A DNA stretch of 64,000 bases from Octopus sinensis. Lineage: Eukaryota. Every line of letters starts with the position of its first letter. Position 1 is the stretch's first letter. Positions 40,848 through 54,430 of this stretch are shown here, piece by piece. The notes below the pieces were generated by a model. It was not told where the DNA came from. It saw only the letters and a list, made by a program, of their open reading frames with translations, and made no database searches. The position numbers and the translations under genes are program-made. Where the stretch lies: NCBI RefSeq assembly GCF_006345805.1, contig NC_043006.1, forward strand, positions 83,266,001-83,330,000. The letters run 5' to 3'.

Positions 40848-40912
<65 letters not shown>

Positions 40913-41087
40913 ATACACACACATATATTCATGTATGTTATACACACATAAAGATACACACACACACACACACATACATATATATATGGGTAAATAACTG
41001 TATGCGTGTACGCCTACCCGCTCGCATCTGTGTGTTGGCTTGTCTATATGTGTGTGTTTGTGTGTGTGTGCGTGTGTGTCTGTGTGT

Positions 41088-41130
<43 letters not shown>

Positions 41131-42974
41131 CGTGTGTGTGTGTCTGGTTGGATGAATAAGAAACTACGAAAAATTAATCATGCAGATCTTAATTATCAGT
41201 ATTGGGTACTTTGCTTCATTGCAATTTAGATGAGAGCGAACTATAAACACACACACACATACGCACACACACCACCACACGCATATACACCATATACACA
41301 CACACACAATACACACACACACCACCACCACCACTACCACCCCGTACACACACATAACACCACTCGCGCACACCACCAAACACACACACCAAACGCACGC
41401 ACGCGTTTATATAGTAAATAAATGTTATGATCATATTTATAATATGTTTTTATCCTTAGCATGAAAATAGACCCCGTGGTCAAACCACGTGGCTCTCCAC
41501 TGCTGGGGCGCGAGTTCAAGTCAGCCAGTTGATTAGTTTCGTCATGAGACCCACCGTCTATACACGTTTACTTAACTCTAATTGCTGAGAGACTATAATG
41601 AATCATTACCATATGGATTATGTGATCTTGTTCCGGATAGGCTACACTTTATTTACATAGCAGCTGGTTATTAATTGACAATTAATTAACTCTAGCAGCG
41701 ATGTAGCTTATATACGATTAAAACAAAAATACGATCATATGTTTAAGATGCATATTTTTAGCCTTTCCTTGAAAATAGACTCAGTGATCGACAGAGATTC
41801 AATAGTGAGTCATTTAATTGAATGGTTCCCATTTTTTGTTAAAGCCATTGTCAGGATTCGCTTACTCCATTTCCAGTTACTAAGAAACAGACGTCATCGT
41901 TATTATATAGATAATGTAATAGTGATCAGGTTATGTAAATAAAGTTGGTTTTATTATGATCCTGCTAGCATAATCTATATACTAGCAATTATTTTCGTTG
42001 ATTGCTCTATGTTCGCCTCTAGCTGTACCAGTAAGGTAAGAATATTAATGTTGATAGGTGAAATTGTTGCGTAATGATGTATATTCCCTCGACATATAAA
42101 GGGTATTTTCTAGAACCTTTTACGCATAGTGATAGCCCTCTGCGTTGCCAAATCTGTATTTATGAATAGAATATTTTTCCTGGAAATTCAAATAAACCGC
42201 CACAAAAGTACTGCAGGAAGAATGCGTAGTTGCAAGCATGGCCTTGATGTTAATAATTTCGCTGTGCAGTCGTCATTTTGAGTTCGAATCCATTGCAATG
42301 TACCTTGAGCAAGTGTCCTCTAGTATATTCTCGGGTTGAATACTATCTTATGGAAGGTGTTTGATTAAGACAAAGTGTGTGGAAACTCGTCGAATATTCG
42401 AGTATATGCGTATATGTATGTATGTGTTATATGTATGCGTGTGTGTGCAAGTATGTATGTAATGTGTGTAATGTCCGTTTGAGTGTGCTTGCTTATGCTT
42501 ACAGTTTAGAATTATTAACCCCGCTGACATGCCTACATAAATGCATTCTTTTGTGCAACGTACGAATAAGATATTCAACATATTTATAGCGTTATATTTG
42601 GAATCTGAAGGAGAAATATCTAAACATAAATAAATACAGGCTGGGCAATAACAGACATGGCTAAGTAAAGGTAAATGACTCTGGAATGTACTCATTGTGC
42701 ATCGACGCCAAATACATCTTTTTGCAACAACTCTGACTTTTCATCAGGATAGCGTGCATGTGTGCGTGCAAGTGTGCATGCATGCATGCATGCGTGCGTG
42801 CATGCGTGCGCGCACGTATGTATACATGGGCTTATGTTTGCTGTCCAGAAACCGGTGTAGTTTATACTAGAACTCATGACGTAGAGGGAATTAGCTAAAT
42901 ATCCGCGATCCTTCATTTTAGTCTGGTTTGCTTATTATTAAGCCAAATTCGACTCTAATTACGCGAATAATAAA

Positions 42975-43377
42975 TTCTTTCTAATTTTGGCACCAGGCCA
43001 GCCATTTTGAGGGGAAGGGCCAAGTCGATTACATCGACCCCAGTGCGTGACTGGTACTTATTTTATCGATACAAAAAGATAAAAGGTAAAAGTGGTCTGG
43101 TAGGCTTTGCACTCAGAAAGTAAAATTCCTGAAGAAATGTGGTCAAGTATTTTGTCCTACGTACTGACGACTCATAGAGCTGTTCACCTTAATCGTGACT
43201 TAATATTTCTTTCTATTGTCGACACTGCCTGAAATTTTGAGGGAAAGAGAGAAATTGATTACATCCTCCCAGTATTTGGCTGGTATTTGGCATTGAATTT
43301 GAAGTCAGAACGTAGAGACGGACGAAATACCACTAAACATTTTGCTCGGCTTGCTAACGATTCTGCCAGTTCGCAAC

Positions 43378-43428
<51 letters not shown>

Positions 43429-43650
43429 CTTGATGATGGTGGTAATCCTTTCTACAAGGCCTGAAATTTTGTGGGAGGGAGATAATCGATTACATCGATC
43501 CCCAGTGTTGCACTGGTACTAATTTATCGAACCGCACAGGATGAAAGGCAAAGTTGACCTCGGTGGAATTTGAACATAGAACGTAGCGACAGACGAAATA
43601 CCGCTAGGCATTTTGCCCGGCGTGCTAACAATTTTGCCAACTCACCGCCT
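42975..43650 (-). mobile_element. Three tandem older SINE A copies (old tail), with a (TAA)n tract between the last two
   Basis: Repeated aggcc..aaattttg, tcgattacatcgacccc and gaatttgaactcagaacg blocks. Confidence 0.75.
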
Positions 43651-43687
43651 TTATAATAATCCTTTCCACTATATGCACAAGGCCTGA

Positions 43688-44090
43688 GGAAACCAAAAAG
43701 GAAACCAAGATTATAGATATTAGTAATAGCTGGAGATTTGCGCATAAGTGACAAAGAACTAGAAAAGATTGAAAAATGCAGACTACTAAAAGACCAAATC
43801 GCAAGAATGTGGACTACGAGGAGAATGTTTGCCATTCCAGTAGTTGTAGGAGCTTCGAGAAATATGTCAAAAAAATCGGAATTGACATGAGAGCAGAGCA
43901 AGCCCCCAAAATTGCGCTGCTGGGGACAGCTAGGATTTTGAGATTGGTACTTGACCGTTGAATGTCTCCCACGATAATTAACAACCAAGTATCAAAGCTT
44001 ATAACGTGTGGATAGAGACCCTGTGAGACCTTTGACAGCAGATGCTGTCCCCTCACATAGAATATACCAGACCAAACAAGATCAAGCGTT
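43688..44090 (+). pseudogene. 3' end of an R4/Dong-clade non-LTR retrotransposon (restriction-like endonuclease)
   Basis: Translates IAGDLRISDKELEKIEKCRLLKDQIARMW...IPVVVGA / FEKYVKKIGID...KIALLGTARILRLVL, matching the R4/Dong pattern KE.EK..KY..L...IPVV.GALG...LLGTA.ILR. Confidence 0.85.
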
Positions 44091-44449
44091 GTCTCTTTCA
44101 GAATTTTATGTTCAGAAGAGAACAGTACAAAGGAAAACAGAATAGAATAGTTATATCAAATGTACTGACTAGTTCGCGTAAGATCGTGATAGTATATTCT
44201 TAGTAAGTGAATAGGTGATATAGTAAATTGATAGGTTTCCATTTAAAATGTTACTGAGCTTGAGAAAATATTAGGAGAAAAATAGATTTGTTGAACATCT
44301 AGGAAACTCATCACCAACGTGTATGCCAACTAGCCTACGCATTTCAGTACAAGCAAAACATGTACGTAAACACATATAAATATGAAAAAACACTCTTGTT
44401 CACTATTCCTCTCTCTCTCTCTCTTTTTCACTCTCTTTCTCTCATTCTT

Positions 44450-44500
<51 letters not shown>

Positions 44501-44614
44501 ACATATACATTAGTGTTTATGTACCATGGCTCTAAATTTGACTATTCCCTCGGCTTTCTTGTTAATTCACTTTACAGGAAAAAATGCGAAACATTCATTG
44601 ATATATATGTATAC

Positions 44615-44653
<39 letters not shown>

Positions 44654-44700
44654 TATATATATATATATATACATACATATATATATACATATATATATAC

Positions 44701-44819
<119 letters not shown>

Positions 44820-45600
44820 GTATCTATCTATCTATCTATCTATATATATGTATATATATATATAATGCTAGACAGCCATCTCTAGCAACTGAACCCAATG
44901 CATTGCCTGGAGTATGTACAGTGTGCGATAGAACAACCTCTCATATTTTTACATGCCTGTTGGGACAGTGCTAATAAAGTTGGGCAGATGTTAAAGGTGC
45001 CTTTATATAACTAATGTTTTACCATTTTTTATGTATAATTATTGGTATGATTTGAGTCGGTGCACACCATACCTTTGCTGGTAAAACTTTTGTAAGTCCG
45101 TTAAATGCGAGAAGTTTTTTGCCGCAACCTGTGCTTAGGGAATTAAATATATAATTCCTCACAATGATTAAAATCAATATTTTCTCGTTCCGAGATTCCT
45201 GTCGACAGAGATGTAACTAGTCAATCACTGTAAGGAACCATATCATCAATTCCGTCAATATTAGTATGTATGAATATTTGTGTATGTATGCATGTATGTA
45301 CGTATGTTTTTCTGAGTTTTAAGTTCTGAAGAGAGTTCAAGCCGGTCGCTAACAAAGCGACAAGACTTTTTGAGTCAAGAGAGTTCCGGTTGTTTGTAAA
45401 TGTGTGGTTGAGTTGGCTCGTGTTGGTTGAGCTGTCGACGCACTCACCCAAGTCCCAAGTGTCTATTCATCTAAAGAATCTCAGGGGGAGAATCTTTGGA
45501 AAATTCTATTGCATGTATGTATGTATGTATGTATGTATGTATGTATGTATGTATGTATGTATGTATGTATGTATGTGTGTATGTATGTATGTATGTATGT

Positions 45601-45782
45601 AGGGAGAATTCACAAAAAATTCAAAAGATGAAGACAGGTGGTGTAGACAACAAACAGATGTATTATTATACTCGGGAAGTGAAAAAGTCTTTAACGTTTC
45701 GAGCATATGCTCTTCCACAGAAAGTAACACAAAAAGAAACAAAGAGAGAAAATAAAGAATGTGTAGTGGCTAGCGATCTATG
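45601..45782 (-). mobile_element. Solo Penelope terminal-repeat fragment (family P1) with hammerhead-like motif
   Basis: Minus strand: CTTT CTGTGGA A GAGCA TA TGCTC GAAAC GTT AAAG. Abuts (TATG)n. Confidence 0.85.
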
Positions 45783-45939
45783 TACTAGCAACTATACTCA
45801 GTCTTGTGCAGGTTTATTAATACCCAAAATAATACATTTAGACAGGAATTCATTACATTCTGGGTAAATTGCTTGAAAATGATCCTAACAATCTTCAGTT
45901 GATCCACCAAATTTCTGGCTACGTTTTTGTGAGTAGGCG

Positions 45940-46850
45940 CCACAGATGTAATTACGTATTCGTAAGAGAGTGACTGAAGGTGTAAGTATGTGTTAGTGAA
46001 ATAACCACTGAACGTGTGAGCAATCATTAAGTAAAATAGTTTCCCTAAGTTGTGGGTAACCCATACCCATTAGAGGCCGTGGGCACGCATTAAATGACAT
46101 ACCCATAGTTGTGGGTATGTATTAAGAGAGATACAGCAGTATAGTGTGGCTGGAGTCATAAAGGCGTTTACCCTGGGTGTAAAATTCTTAAGGGCGTGCA
46201 ATTTCAACAGTCGGTAATAATAATGGCTTCAAATTTTGGCACAAGGCCAGCAATTTGGGGGGATGGATTAAGTCGATTACATCATCCTCAGTGCGAAACT
46301 GGCACTTATTTTATCGATCTCGAAAGTATGAAAGGCAAAGTCGACTTCTGTGGAATTTGAATACAGAACGTAAAGACGGACGAAATGCTGCCAAGCATCC
46401 TGCCCGGTGTGCTAACGATTCTGCCAGCTCGCTGCCTTAATTTTGGGTAGTAATAATAAACATAGCATACCCTCCCCCACAATACTTGCGTGGCCCAGTT
46501 GCATGGAAGCCAAACTACGCCATTAGAGATATATCCACCGAAGATATGGGTACGTATTAGGTGAGACAACTCTGTGTGCTATTATTAACATGGTCACCAA
46601 ACATAACTATCCAAAATGGCAGAAGACATCCATATCTGCGAGTAAATATGATGTGAAATATCCATTAAAGTTGTGGATACTCTTAAGGGGAAATATCTAA
46701 CAAAGTTGGAGGTACATATTGGAGGAGATACTCACAAAAGCTATGGGTACATATAAGGGAAAATGTTCATTGAGGGTGAGAGTACATATGAGGCGAAGTA
46801 ACCATTACAACTAGGGATTCGTATTAAGTAGTATATCTACATCCACATAA
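45940..46850. repeat. Highly diverged ~35-bp minisatellite interrupted by a SINE A (46222-46437, minus)
   Basis: Units start at 46656, 46691, 46726, 46761 and 46796; approximate consensus aaatatccatnaaagttgtgggtacatattaagggg. Confidence 0.7.
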
Positions 46851-47147
46851 AAATTAGAACTGAAATTCCAGTGGGGTTCGCTAATGGCTATTGCTGCTAC
46901 TGTTGTTGTTGTTATTCCACCCCAGATGAACCATAATAGACCCATCATTTTATTTCAGATATGGGGTATCTTAGACTATTTTATCTAATGTGTCCTATCC
47001 TTTTTGGTAATGTATCGTACGTTTTGAGGTAAGGAAAATTTGACTGGTATATCTAGAACTCCATGCTTCTACATAGAGGTTCCGACTTTGGTTCGTTACA
47101 TTTCACTCATAAAGAAATGGATGACAGATTCTGTTGAGCGCCGATTT

Positions 47148-47362
47148 GGGCGAGCTGGCAGAATCGTTAGCACCCCGGGCGAAATGCTTAGCAGTATTTC
47201 GTCTGCCGTTTCGGTCCGAGTTCAAATTCCGCCGAGGTCGACTTTGCCTTTCATCCTTTCAGGGTCGATAAATTAAGTACCAGTTACGCACTGGTGTCGA
47301 TGTAATCGACTTAATCCGTTTGTACCCTCTATGTTTAGCCCCTTGTGGGTAATAAAGAAATA
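47148..47362 (+). mobile_element. SINE family A (new tail type) with short TSD
   Basis: gatttgg flanks both ends. Confidence 0.85.
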
Positions 47363-48066
47363 GATTTGGTTTGGTTTTTTTTCTTTCTAACTTCTGGGTT
47401 CACAACCCGATGTGATCAACTTAGTTTTTTTTTTTTTCATTCTAAGGTTTTACAGTTAAGTATTGAAACCAGAATAATCGACCATTAGCCTTCACCCTAT
47501 CGTGTGGCCTTGTGCCAGTATTAGAGATCAATATTTCTCTGTTATAATATATGAGTTGGCAGCAGCGTTAGTAATTAATTAGTCACGCAACAGAGTCTTT
47601 CTAGGTTCAAACCGCGCTGAAGTCCATTTTCATGCCTTCCAGGCGTGTAAGATATGTACCAGGCATGTACCAGTGTAGATTTAATCAACTGTACCCTCCC
47701 CCGTGCAAATATGTGGCATCGTGCCAAGCTAAGAAATCCTTATTATTTCAGTGTTAGCTTTACTCACTGTAGGGGAGAGACTTCACACCAGCTTCCAGAT
47801 TTCCCTTGAGTCACTTCTACTCTGTAGTAGTTTATACATAGCATCGTCTGTCTAGCTACCTACTAATATACATTTACTCACCTACCTTTAAGTCTATCTA
47901 ACGAACTAGCTGTCGGTCTGTCTGCCCGTCTATCTGTCCGTCTCTCTGAATGTCTGTCTGTCTCTCTATCTGTCTGTCTAACTAATCAAATAACTATATT
48001 TCTGTCCGCTTTTTTCATCTATCTGTCTATCTATCTATCCATCTATCTATCTATCCATCTATCTAT

Positions 48067-48153
<87 letters not shown>

Positions 48154-48307
48154 GTGAATGATGCGCGTTGTGTTCGAATGGAGATGACGGTGATGGAGGT
48201 ACATTGAGGAGAAATATCTTTCTATGCATATATATATTATTTACATTATATATATATAAATATACACACACGCGCGCGCACACACACATATCTATATCTA
48301 TATCTAC

Positions 48308-48344
<37 letters not shown>

Positions 48345-49086
48345 ATAATATATATATATATATACACAGAGACACACATACAGATATAGATGTATGTTTA
48401 TTTACAAACATACACATACTACTTAGCTACATGGTTGGTGCTTCAGCATGGCCACAGACTTTTGGGCTGAAACATGTAAAAGAATAAAGAATAAAAGAAT
48501 ACAAGTGACTCAAGTAATGAGAGCTTCATGCATTATTACATGTGTGTGCGTCTGTATATGTGTGTGTATATATATATGTGAGTGTGTGTGTGTGTATATA
48601 TATATATGTATATACACACACACAAACACATCCATATATACATGCATACATTCGTACATACATGCATACATACATACATACATATATACATACATACCCA
48701 CTGACCTATCAACTTACCTATTTACTACTATCACCACCATCACCACTATTACCACTGCTAAAATCCTAACCACATCTCATCTGCTCCTTCTCCTTTTCCC
48801 TCCTCCTCTCTCCCTCCTTAGGTCCCATACCGTTACTCAATCAACCATCATCTTGTCGCTGTATGCCTTAACCAATAAACTTCGCAGCCCCTTTCACCTA
48901 CTTAAATTATCTTGTAGTTTCTCTTTTTTTTATTATATACTGTTTCATTTCTATTTTTATTTATTTTCTATTTTTATTTATCATATTTATTATTTATTTA
49001 CTTATACATTTTTTTCTCAATTTTCCTATTTACTTTATCTCTCTTTCCACGCTCTTCACATTCTTTCGAAAACGATAAGTAAATAA

Positions 49087-49285
49087 GCAGCTTGGCTGTG
49101 TGGTTAAGAAGCTTGTTTCCGTTTTATAACCCAGTGGTTTCGGGATCAGTCTCAATGCTCGGCACTTTGGGCAAGTGTCTTCTAGAGAACCAATGAGTTG
49201 TTGTAAGCGAATTTGGTAGATCAAAATGTATGTGTGTGTGTGTGTGTGCATATGTATATGTATGTATGTTTACACACACATGTAC

Positions 49286-49319
<34 letters not shown>

Positions 49320-49554
49320 TCTCTTATATATATATATACTCTTTTACTCTTTTACTTGTTTCAGTCATTTCACTGTGACCATGCTGAAGCACCGCCTTTA
49401 ATCGAGCAAATCGACCCAGGATATATTCTTTGTAAGCCTAGTACTTATGCTAAGTTACGGGTATGTAACACACCACCATCGGTTGTCAAGCGATGCTGAG
49501 GGGGGGGGCGACAAACACAGACACACAAACGAACACACACACACACACACGCAC

Positions 49555-49587
<33 letters not shown>

Positions 49588-49796
49588 TACGACGGGCTCC
49601 TTTCAGTTTCCGTCTACCAAATCCACTCACAAGGCTTTGGTCGGCCCGAGGCTATAGTAGAAGACACTTGCCCAAGATGCCACGCAGTAGGACATATATA
49701 TATATATATGTATTAAGGTCCAAGAAGGGTAGAAAGATAGGTATTTCCAATGTGGCGCTCGTTTGTGTGCCTGTGTGTGTGTGTGTGTGTGTGTGT

Positions 49797-49852
<56 letters not shown>

Positions 49853-50090
49853 AGTGTGTGCGTGCGCGTGTATTCACCAACACCACCACTATCGCTTGAC
49901 AATCAATCGGTGTTGATTTTCTTATGCTCTGTAACTTAGCGGTTTGGCAACAACGTCCGATAGAATAAGTACGAGACTTTTAAAATATAAGTAGATAGAC
50001 TGGGGTCGATTTCTTTTTCCGACTAAAACCCTTTAACGTGTGGCTCCAGCATGGTCGCAAGTAAATGACTGATACAAGTACACGATAAAA
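49087..50090. mobile_element. Nested SINE B: minus copy (49338-49690) inside the microsatellite of an older plus copy
   Basis: Plus-strand head 49087-49230 and plus-strand tail 49860-50090 surround a reversed copy. Confidence 0.75.
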
Positions 50091-50486
50091 TAATAAAAAA
50101 ACAATTTAAATAGCAAGACTTTTTCTCCTTTTTTCTTGAAAAAAAAATGTCAACATCAAAAAACAAAGAAATAAACAAAACAATAACTCCTTGCTTGTCA
50201 TTTTCTTTTTTCTGCCCCTTCAGCGTTACTCACCCCGTCCCCTATTTCCGGGTGTTTCCGTTTTACTGTGATATTCTTTGTTACCTATCAATGTTTTCAA
50301 ATTTCACTCCTTCTAATTTCCCTCCTCACACTATCACTCTGTTATTTTATTTTTCTCATATATTATATTATTTTATTCCTAAATATTTTATACGTCTTGT
50401 ATTGCTTATCAATATAAGCATCTCCCAATCTACTTAATTATCTATCTCAAGCTCATATATGTATATGTATATATAAATATATATAT

Positions 50487-50726
50487 ATACTAAGCAATAA
50501 GGGTTTAGCAACGAGTTGCCTTACCACATACCGAATTTAGAAATAGCAGTCAAAGGGTTATAGCTATTTCTTCTACTAAAAAGGGAGATCTCAGTAAAAA
50601 CAGCATTTGCTGTTTTTACTGAGATCTCCCTTTTTAGTAGAAGAAATAGCTATAACCCTTTGACTGCTATTTCTAAATTCGGTATGTGGTAAGGCAACTC
50701 GTTGCTAAACCCTTATTGCTTAGTAT
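50487..50726. repeat. Perfect 240-bp palindrome (119-bp arms, 2-nt spacer)
   Basis: 50487-50605 is the exact reverse complement of 50608-50726. Confidence 0.95.
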
Positions 50727-50830
50727 TACTTAAATTTTCCTCGAATGAGGCTTTTACATGCCGAAGACTACTTGGTGTAATTGATAATTTTTCCAAATTA
50801 ATTAATTTCACCCTTCATTATTACGGATAA

Positions 50831-50878
<48 letters not shown>

Positions 50879-51212
50879 GTCTATGTATGTATATATGTGT
50901 ATGTATATATATATATGCATACAAATACATATATGCGCATAATACTTATACACACGCACGCACACACACACACTTATATATACATGCACATATATACATA
51001 CATGCAAACACGCACTCATACACATGTTCAGTGGAAGTTGGTTGTTTATATCAGATAATGTTATCAAATGGTTATTATTATCAAAGTTGATGAGTCCCAA
51101 ATACGCCCAGGATATTATTCTATCTTTTGCTGCATATTATCAGCTGACTGTTATCAAAAAGGCTGTCTGAAAGTGATCACAATAAGCGGCCACATCTTCT
51201 AAATACGTGTGC

Positions 51213-51260
<48 letters not shown>

Positions 51261-51335
51261 TGCGTGCGCGCGTGTTGACCCACAGTTCGGTAGCAACCAC
51301 AGAGTCCCGATTTCGATCCCATTGTGTGATATTTT

Positions 51336-51711
51336 ACTTGTACTTGTACTTGTGGTGACATTCACCCTGGGCTGGTTGAGTCGGCTTCTTCTACTCATCG
51401 AAGAGGTTTCGTGGGAATATGTGGATTTCACAAACGGTCCCCAACAATCCCGCATGTGGAGACATCCTGTTTGCCGCAGAATGTCCACAGACGCAGGGAC
51501 AGAACTACCGAGGAGCCGTCGGTTGCCGAAGCAGACACTCCGAGGATTTTCACCGTCTGCCGGGTTGTGGCCCTAATACCACTCGGTCTCAGACCAATCC
51601 ACCTTGGGTGGCCCTACCAGGAACCGAAGTTCCCGACGGCCTAGCTCTGACACTACCCGTTGCCAGCGTCCCCACCACAGTAAGGAGGGGATAGATTTTG
51701 GGAACGCAAAA
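51336..51711 (-). mobile_element. Non-autonomous bipartite RTE-derived retroposon with 12-bp TSD
   Basis: TSD gtgtgatatttt at 51324-51335 and 51712-51723. RTE/BovB-type 5' motif CCTTACTGTGGTGGGG...GAGCTAGGCCG...GGTAGGGCCACCCAAG and an (ACAAGT)n tail. Splits a decayed SINE B head. Confidence 0.8.
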
Positions 51712-51930
51712 GTGTGATATTTTGAGCAAATATGATGCATTTCCTGTAATTTCGAGTCGAGCTATAATTTGTGAATGAAAATTGGTGGAAGGAAGCTGAC
51801 AGACTGATTGTATAAGCTGTATAGGAACCCTCGGGTGGTTTGTTCACAATAATTCAAATGATACAGCGTTGTCACACTGAATTTTTCCTGGAAATATTTA
51901 TTTATGTGTCAGGGCGCGTATCTGTGGAGT

Positions 51931-52319
51931 GGTGTGAAAGCACTCCGTCGGTTACGACGACGAGGATTCCGGTTGATCCGATCAACGGAACAGCCTGCTC
52001 GTGAAATTAACGTGTATGTGGCTCAGCACTCCACAGACACGTGTACCCTTAACGTAGTTCTCGGGGATATTCAGCGTGACACAGAGAGTGACAAGGCCGG
52101 CCCTTTGAAGTACAGGTACAACAGAAACAGGAAGTAAGAGTGAGAGAAAGTTGTGGTGAAAGAGTACAGCAGGGATCACCACCATCCCCTGCCGGAGCCT
52201 CGTGGAGCTTTTAGGTGTTTTCGCTCAATAAACACTCACAACGCCCGGTCTGGGAATCGAAAGCGCGATCCTATGACCGCGAGTCCGCTGCCCTAACCGC
52301 TGGGCCATTGCGCCTCCAC
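51931..52319 (-). mobile_element. Full-length tRNA-derived SINE family D with 11-bp TSD
   Basis: Head GTGGAGGCGCAATGGCCCAGCGGTTAGGGCAGCGGAC...TTCGATTCCC; TSD atctgtggagt at 51920-51930 and 52320-52330. Decayed relatives at about 7605-7700 and 15500-15550. Confidence 0.9.
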
Positions 52320-52647
52320 ATCTGTGGAGTACACAGCCGCTTACACTTTAATTCAGGAGCAAGTAATTCAATTGTTATCAAACAACTGAATCCTCGTCGC
52401 AGAACGACGGTGCTCCACTACCATACGCACGCACACACACACACATACACACACACACACACATACACACACACACACATGTTTTCTATCAAGGGCCGTG
52501 TGGTAAGGAGTTCCGAGTTCAGTCCGACTGCATGGCACCTTGGGCAAGAGTCTTCTGCTATAGCCTCAGGCCTACTAAAAGCCTTGCATACATATATACA
52601 TATATACATATATACATATATACATATATACATATATACATATATAT

Positions 52648-53826
52648 GTCTCGGGAGTGGCCATGGGAACGCGAATGGGCCCCAACTATGCGAACCTGTT
52701 CGTTGGCTATGTTGAGGCCCAAATATTCTCTAATTTCACTGGTCCCACTCCTGAACTATATGGTCGTTATATTGACGACATTATCGGTGCCACCTCACTC
52801 TCCCGCGAACATCTAGATTCCTTCCTCTCTTTCGTCCAATCTTTCCATCCAGCCCTCCACTTCACTTCCACTATCTCCAACACCTCTATCTCCTTCCTCG
52901 ACATTTCGGTTAGCATTCTTCACTCCACTCTTACCACCTCCATTCACTACAAACACACAGACTCACACTCATACCTCAACTTCTCTTCCTCCCACCCAGA
53001 ACACACCAAGCTTTCCATCCCCTATTCCCAATTCCTCCGTCTACGTAGGCTCTGTAGTGACGACCATGACTTTGAGACTCAGTCTCAACGTATGGCTCAC
53101 CACTTCACCCTACGTGGATACCCCCTCACCACACTATCCACACCGCCCTTGCCAGAGCACGGTCCGTGGACCGTGTATCTGCTCTCTCTCCCCGAACCCG
53201 CCCTGTAGTCTCCCGCCCCCTTTTCCCCTCACTTACCACCCCATGACCCTACGTCTCCAACGCACCATTCTTCGAGCTTTCCGTCATCTCCAGTCCGACC
53301 CGTCCACTTCACACCTCTTCCCTAACCGACCCCTCCCCTCTTTCAAACGAGCCCACACCTTCGAGACCTTTTGGTCCATAGCTCCTTCCCTGACCCTACC
53401 CTCCCACCCGGCTCGTTCCCCTGCTCCCGCCCACGTTGCCGCACTTGCCCTTACCTCTCCAACACCACCCGCCTCACTAGCACCCACCATCGACCCTATC
53501 CCATCATCCACTCCTTCACCTGCACCTCCAGCAATATTATCTATTGCATCTCTTGCTCTCTCTGCAATTCCTTGTACATCGGACAAACGGGACGCCGCTT
53601 GGCTGACCGGTTCGCGGAACACCTTTGTGACATCCACCTTGCGAACGACACACCGGTCTCACGCCATTTCCGCTCCACCGGTCACTCCTTGCAACACCTA
53701 TCTGTGTTCGGTTTGTCTTTACACAGAGGCCATCCGGATTCCCGTTTGCGCCGTGAACAGGAATTAATCTTCTCTCTTCGCTCTTATACGCCATTTGGTC
53801 TCAACTCTCCCCCTCTCCTCATCTAA
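52648..53826 (+). pseudogene. Penelope-like RT C-terminal half plus GIY-YIG endonuclease, about 3 frameshifts
   Basis: RT motifs GVAMGTRMGPNYANLF, RYIDDI, ISFLDI, YKHTDSHSYLNFSSSHP, SIPYSQFLRLRRLCS; then PLTYHP; linker CSRPRCRTC; endonuclease NIIYCISCSLCNSLYIGQTGRRLADRFAEH...RLRREQELIFSLRSYTPFGLN. Confidence 0.95.
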
Positions 53827-54099
53827 CCCCCCTCCCCCCCCTCACCTATCCTTTCTCCCCCCCCACCCCTACTTCTTCAGTCCTTCATCTTTCACCCCTA
53901 CTCCCCTTCCTTCTTCCTCTTTCTCCCTCCCTCTTCCCCTTCCCTCTGCTTTCCCTCTCTCCCCCCTTCCTTCTCCCCCATCCTCTCCTCTTCCCCATTC
54001 TCCTCCCCCTCTTCTTCCCCTCCCCTTCTCTCCCCCCCTCCCCCCCTCCCCCCCTTCTCCTCACTACACCACATGACTTTACACATCACATCACATATG

Positions 54100-54430
54100 A
54101 TGTGCCATAACTAATACACACACCAACTAATACATACTAATACGTACTAATACATACTAGTACATACTAATACTTACACCAACCCTATACATACACACGT
54201 CCAGACCCCGCATATGCACTTATACTCTCACACACACACACACACCTATACATACCAATACGTACTAATACATACTAATACATACACCAACCCCATACAT
54301 ACGCACGTCCAGACCAATCCTACGCACTAATACTCTCTCATACACACACACACACACACACACACCCTTATACATACTAATACATACACCAACCCTATAC
54401 ATACACACATCCAGACCCCTCCCACGCACT
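54100..54430 (+). repeat. ~120-bp tandem repeat (3 copies) in the Penelope 3' UTR
   Basis: The block tacaccaacccYatacatacRcacRtccagacc recurs at about 54175, 54283 and 54385. Confidence 0.8.

Noticed and set aside
44880-45222. Helitron-like ends (ctagc...accc), also at about 1100 and 23930
   Set aside because: Hairpin and terminal motifs are too degenerate and could not be paired.
52240-52319. tRNA gene on the minus strand
   Set aside because: A and B boxes are present, but the sequence runs into a SINE body bounded by a TSD; it is a SINE head.
53826-54062. Pro/Ser-rich ORF and potential triplex or G-quadruplex tract
   Set aside because: Polypyrimidine tract in the Penelope 3' UTR; no evidence of separate function.
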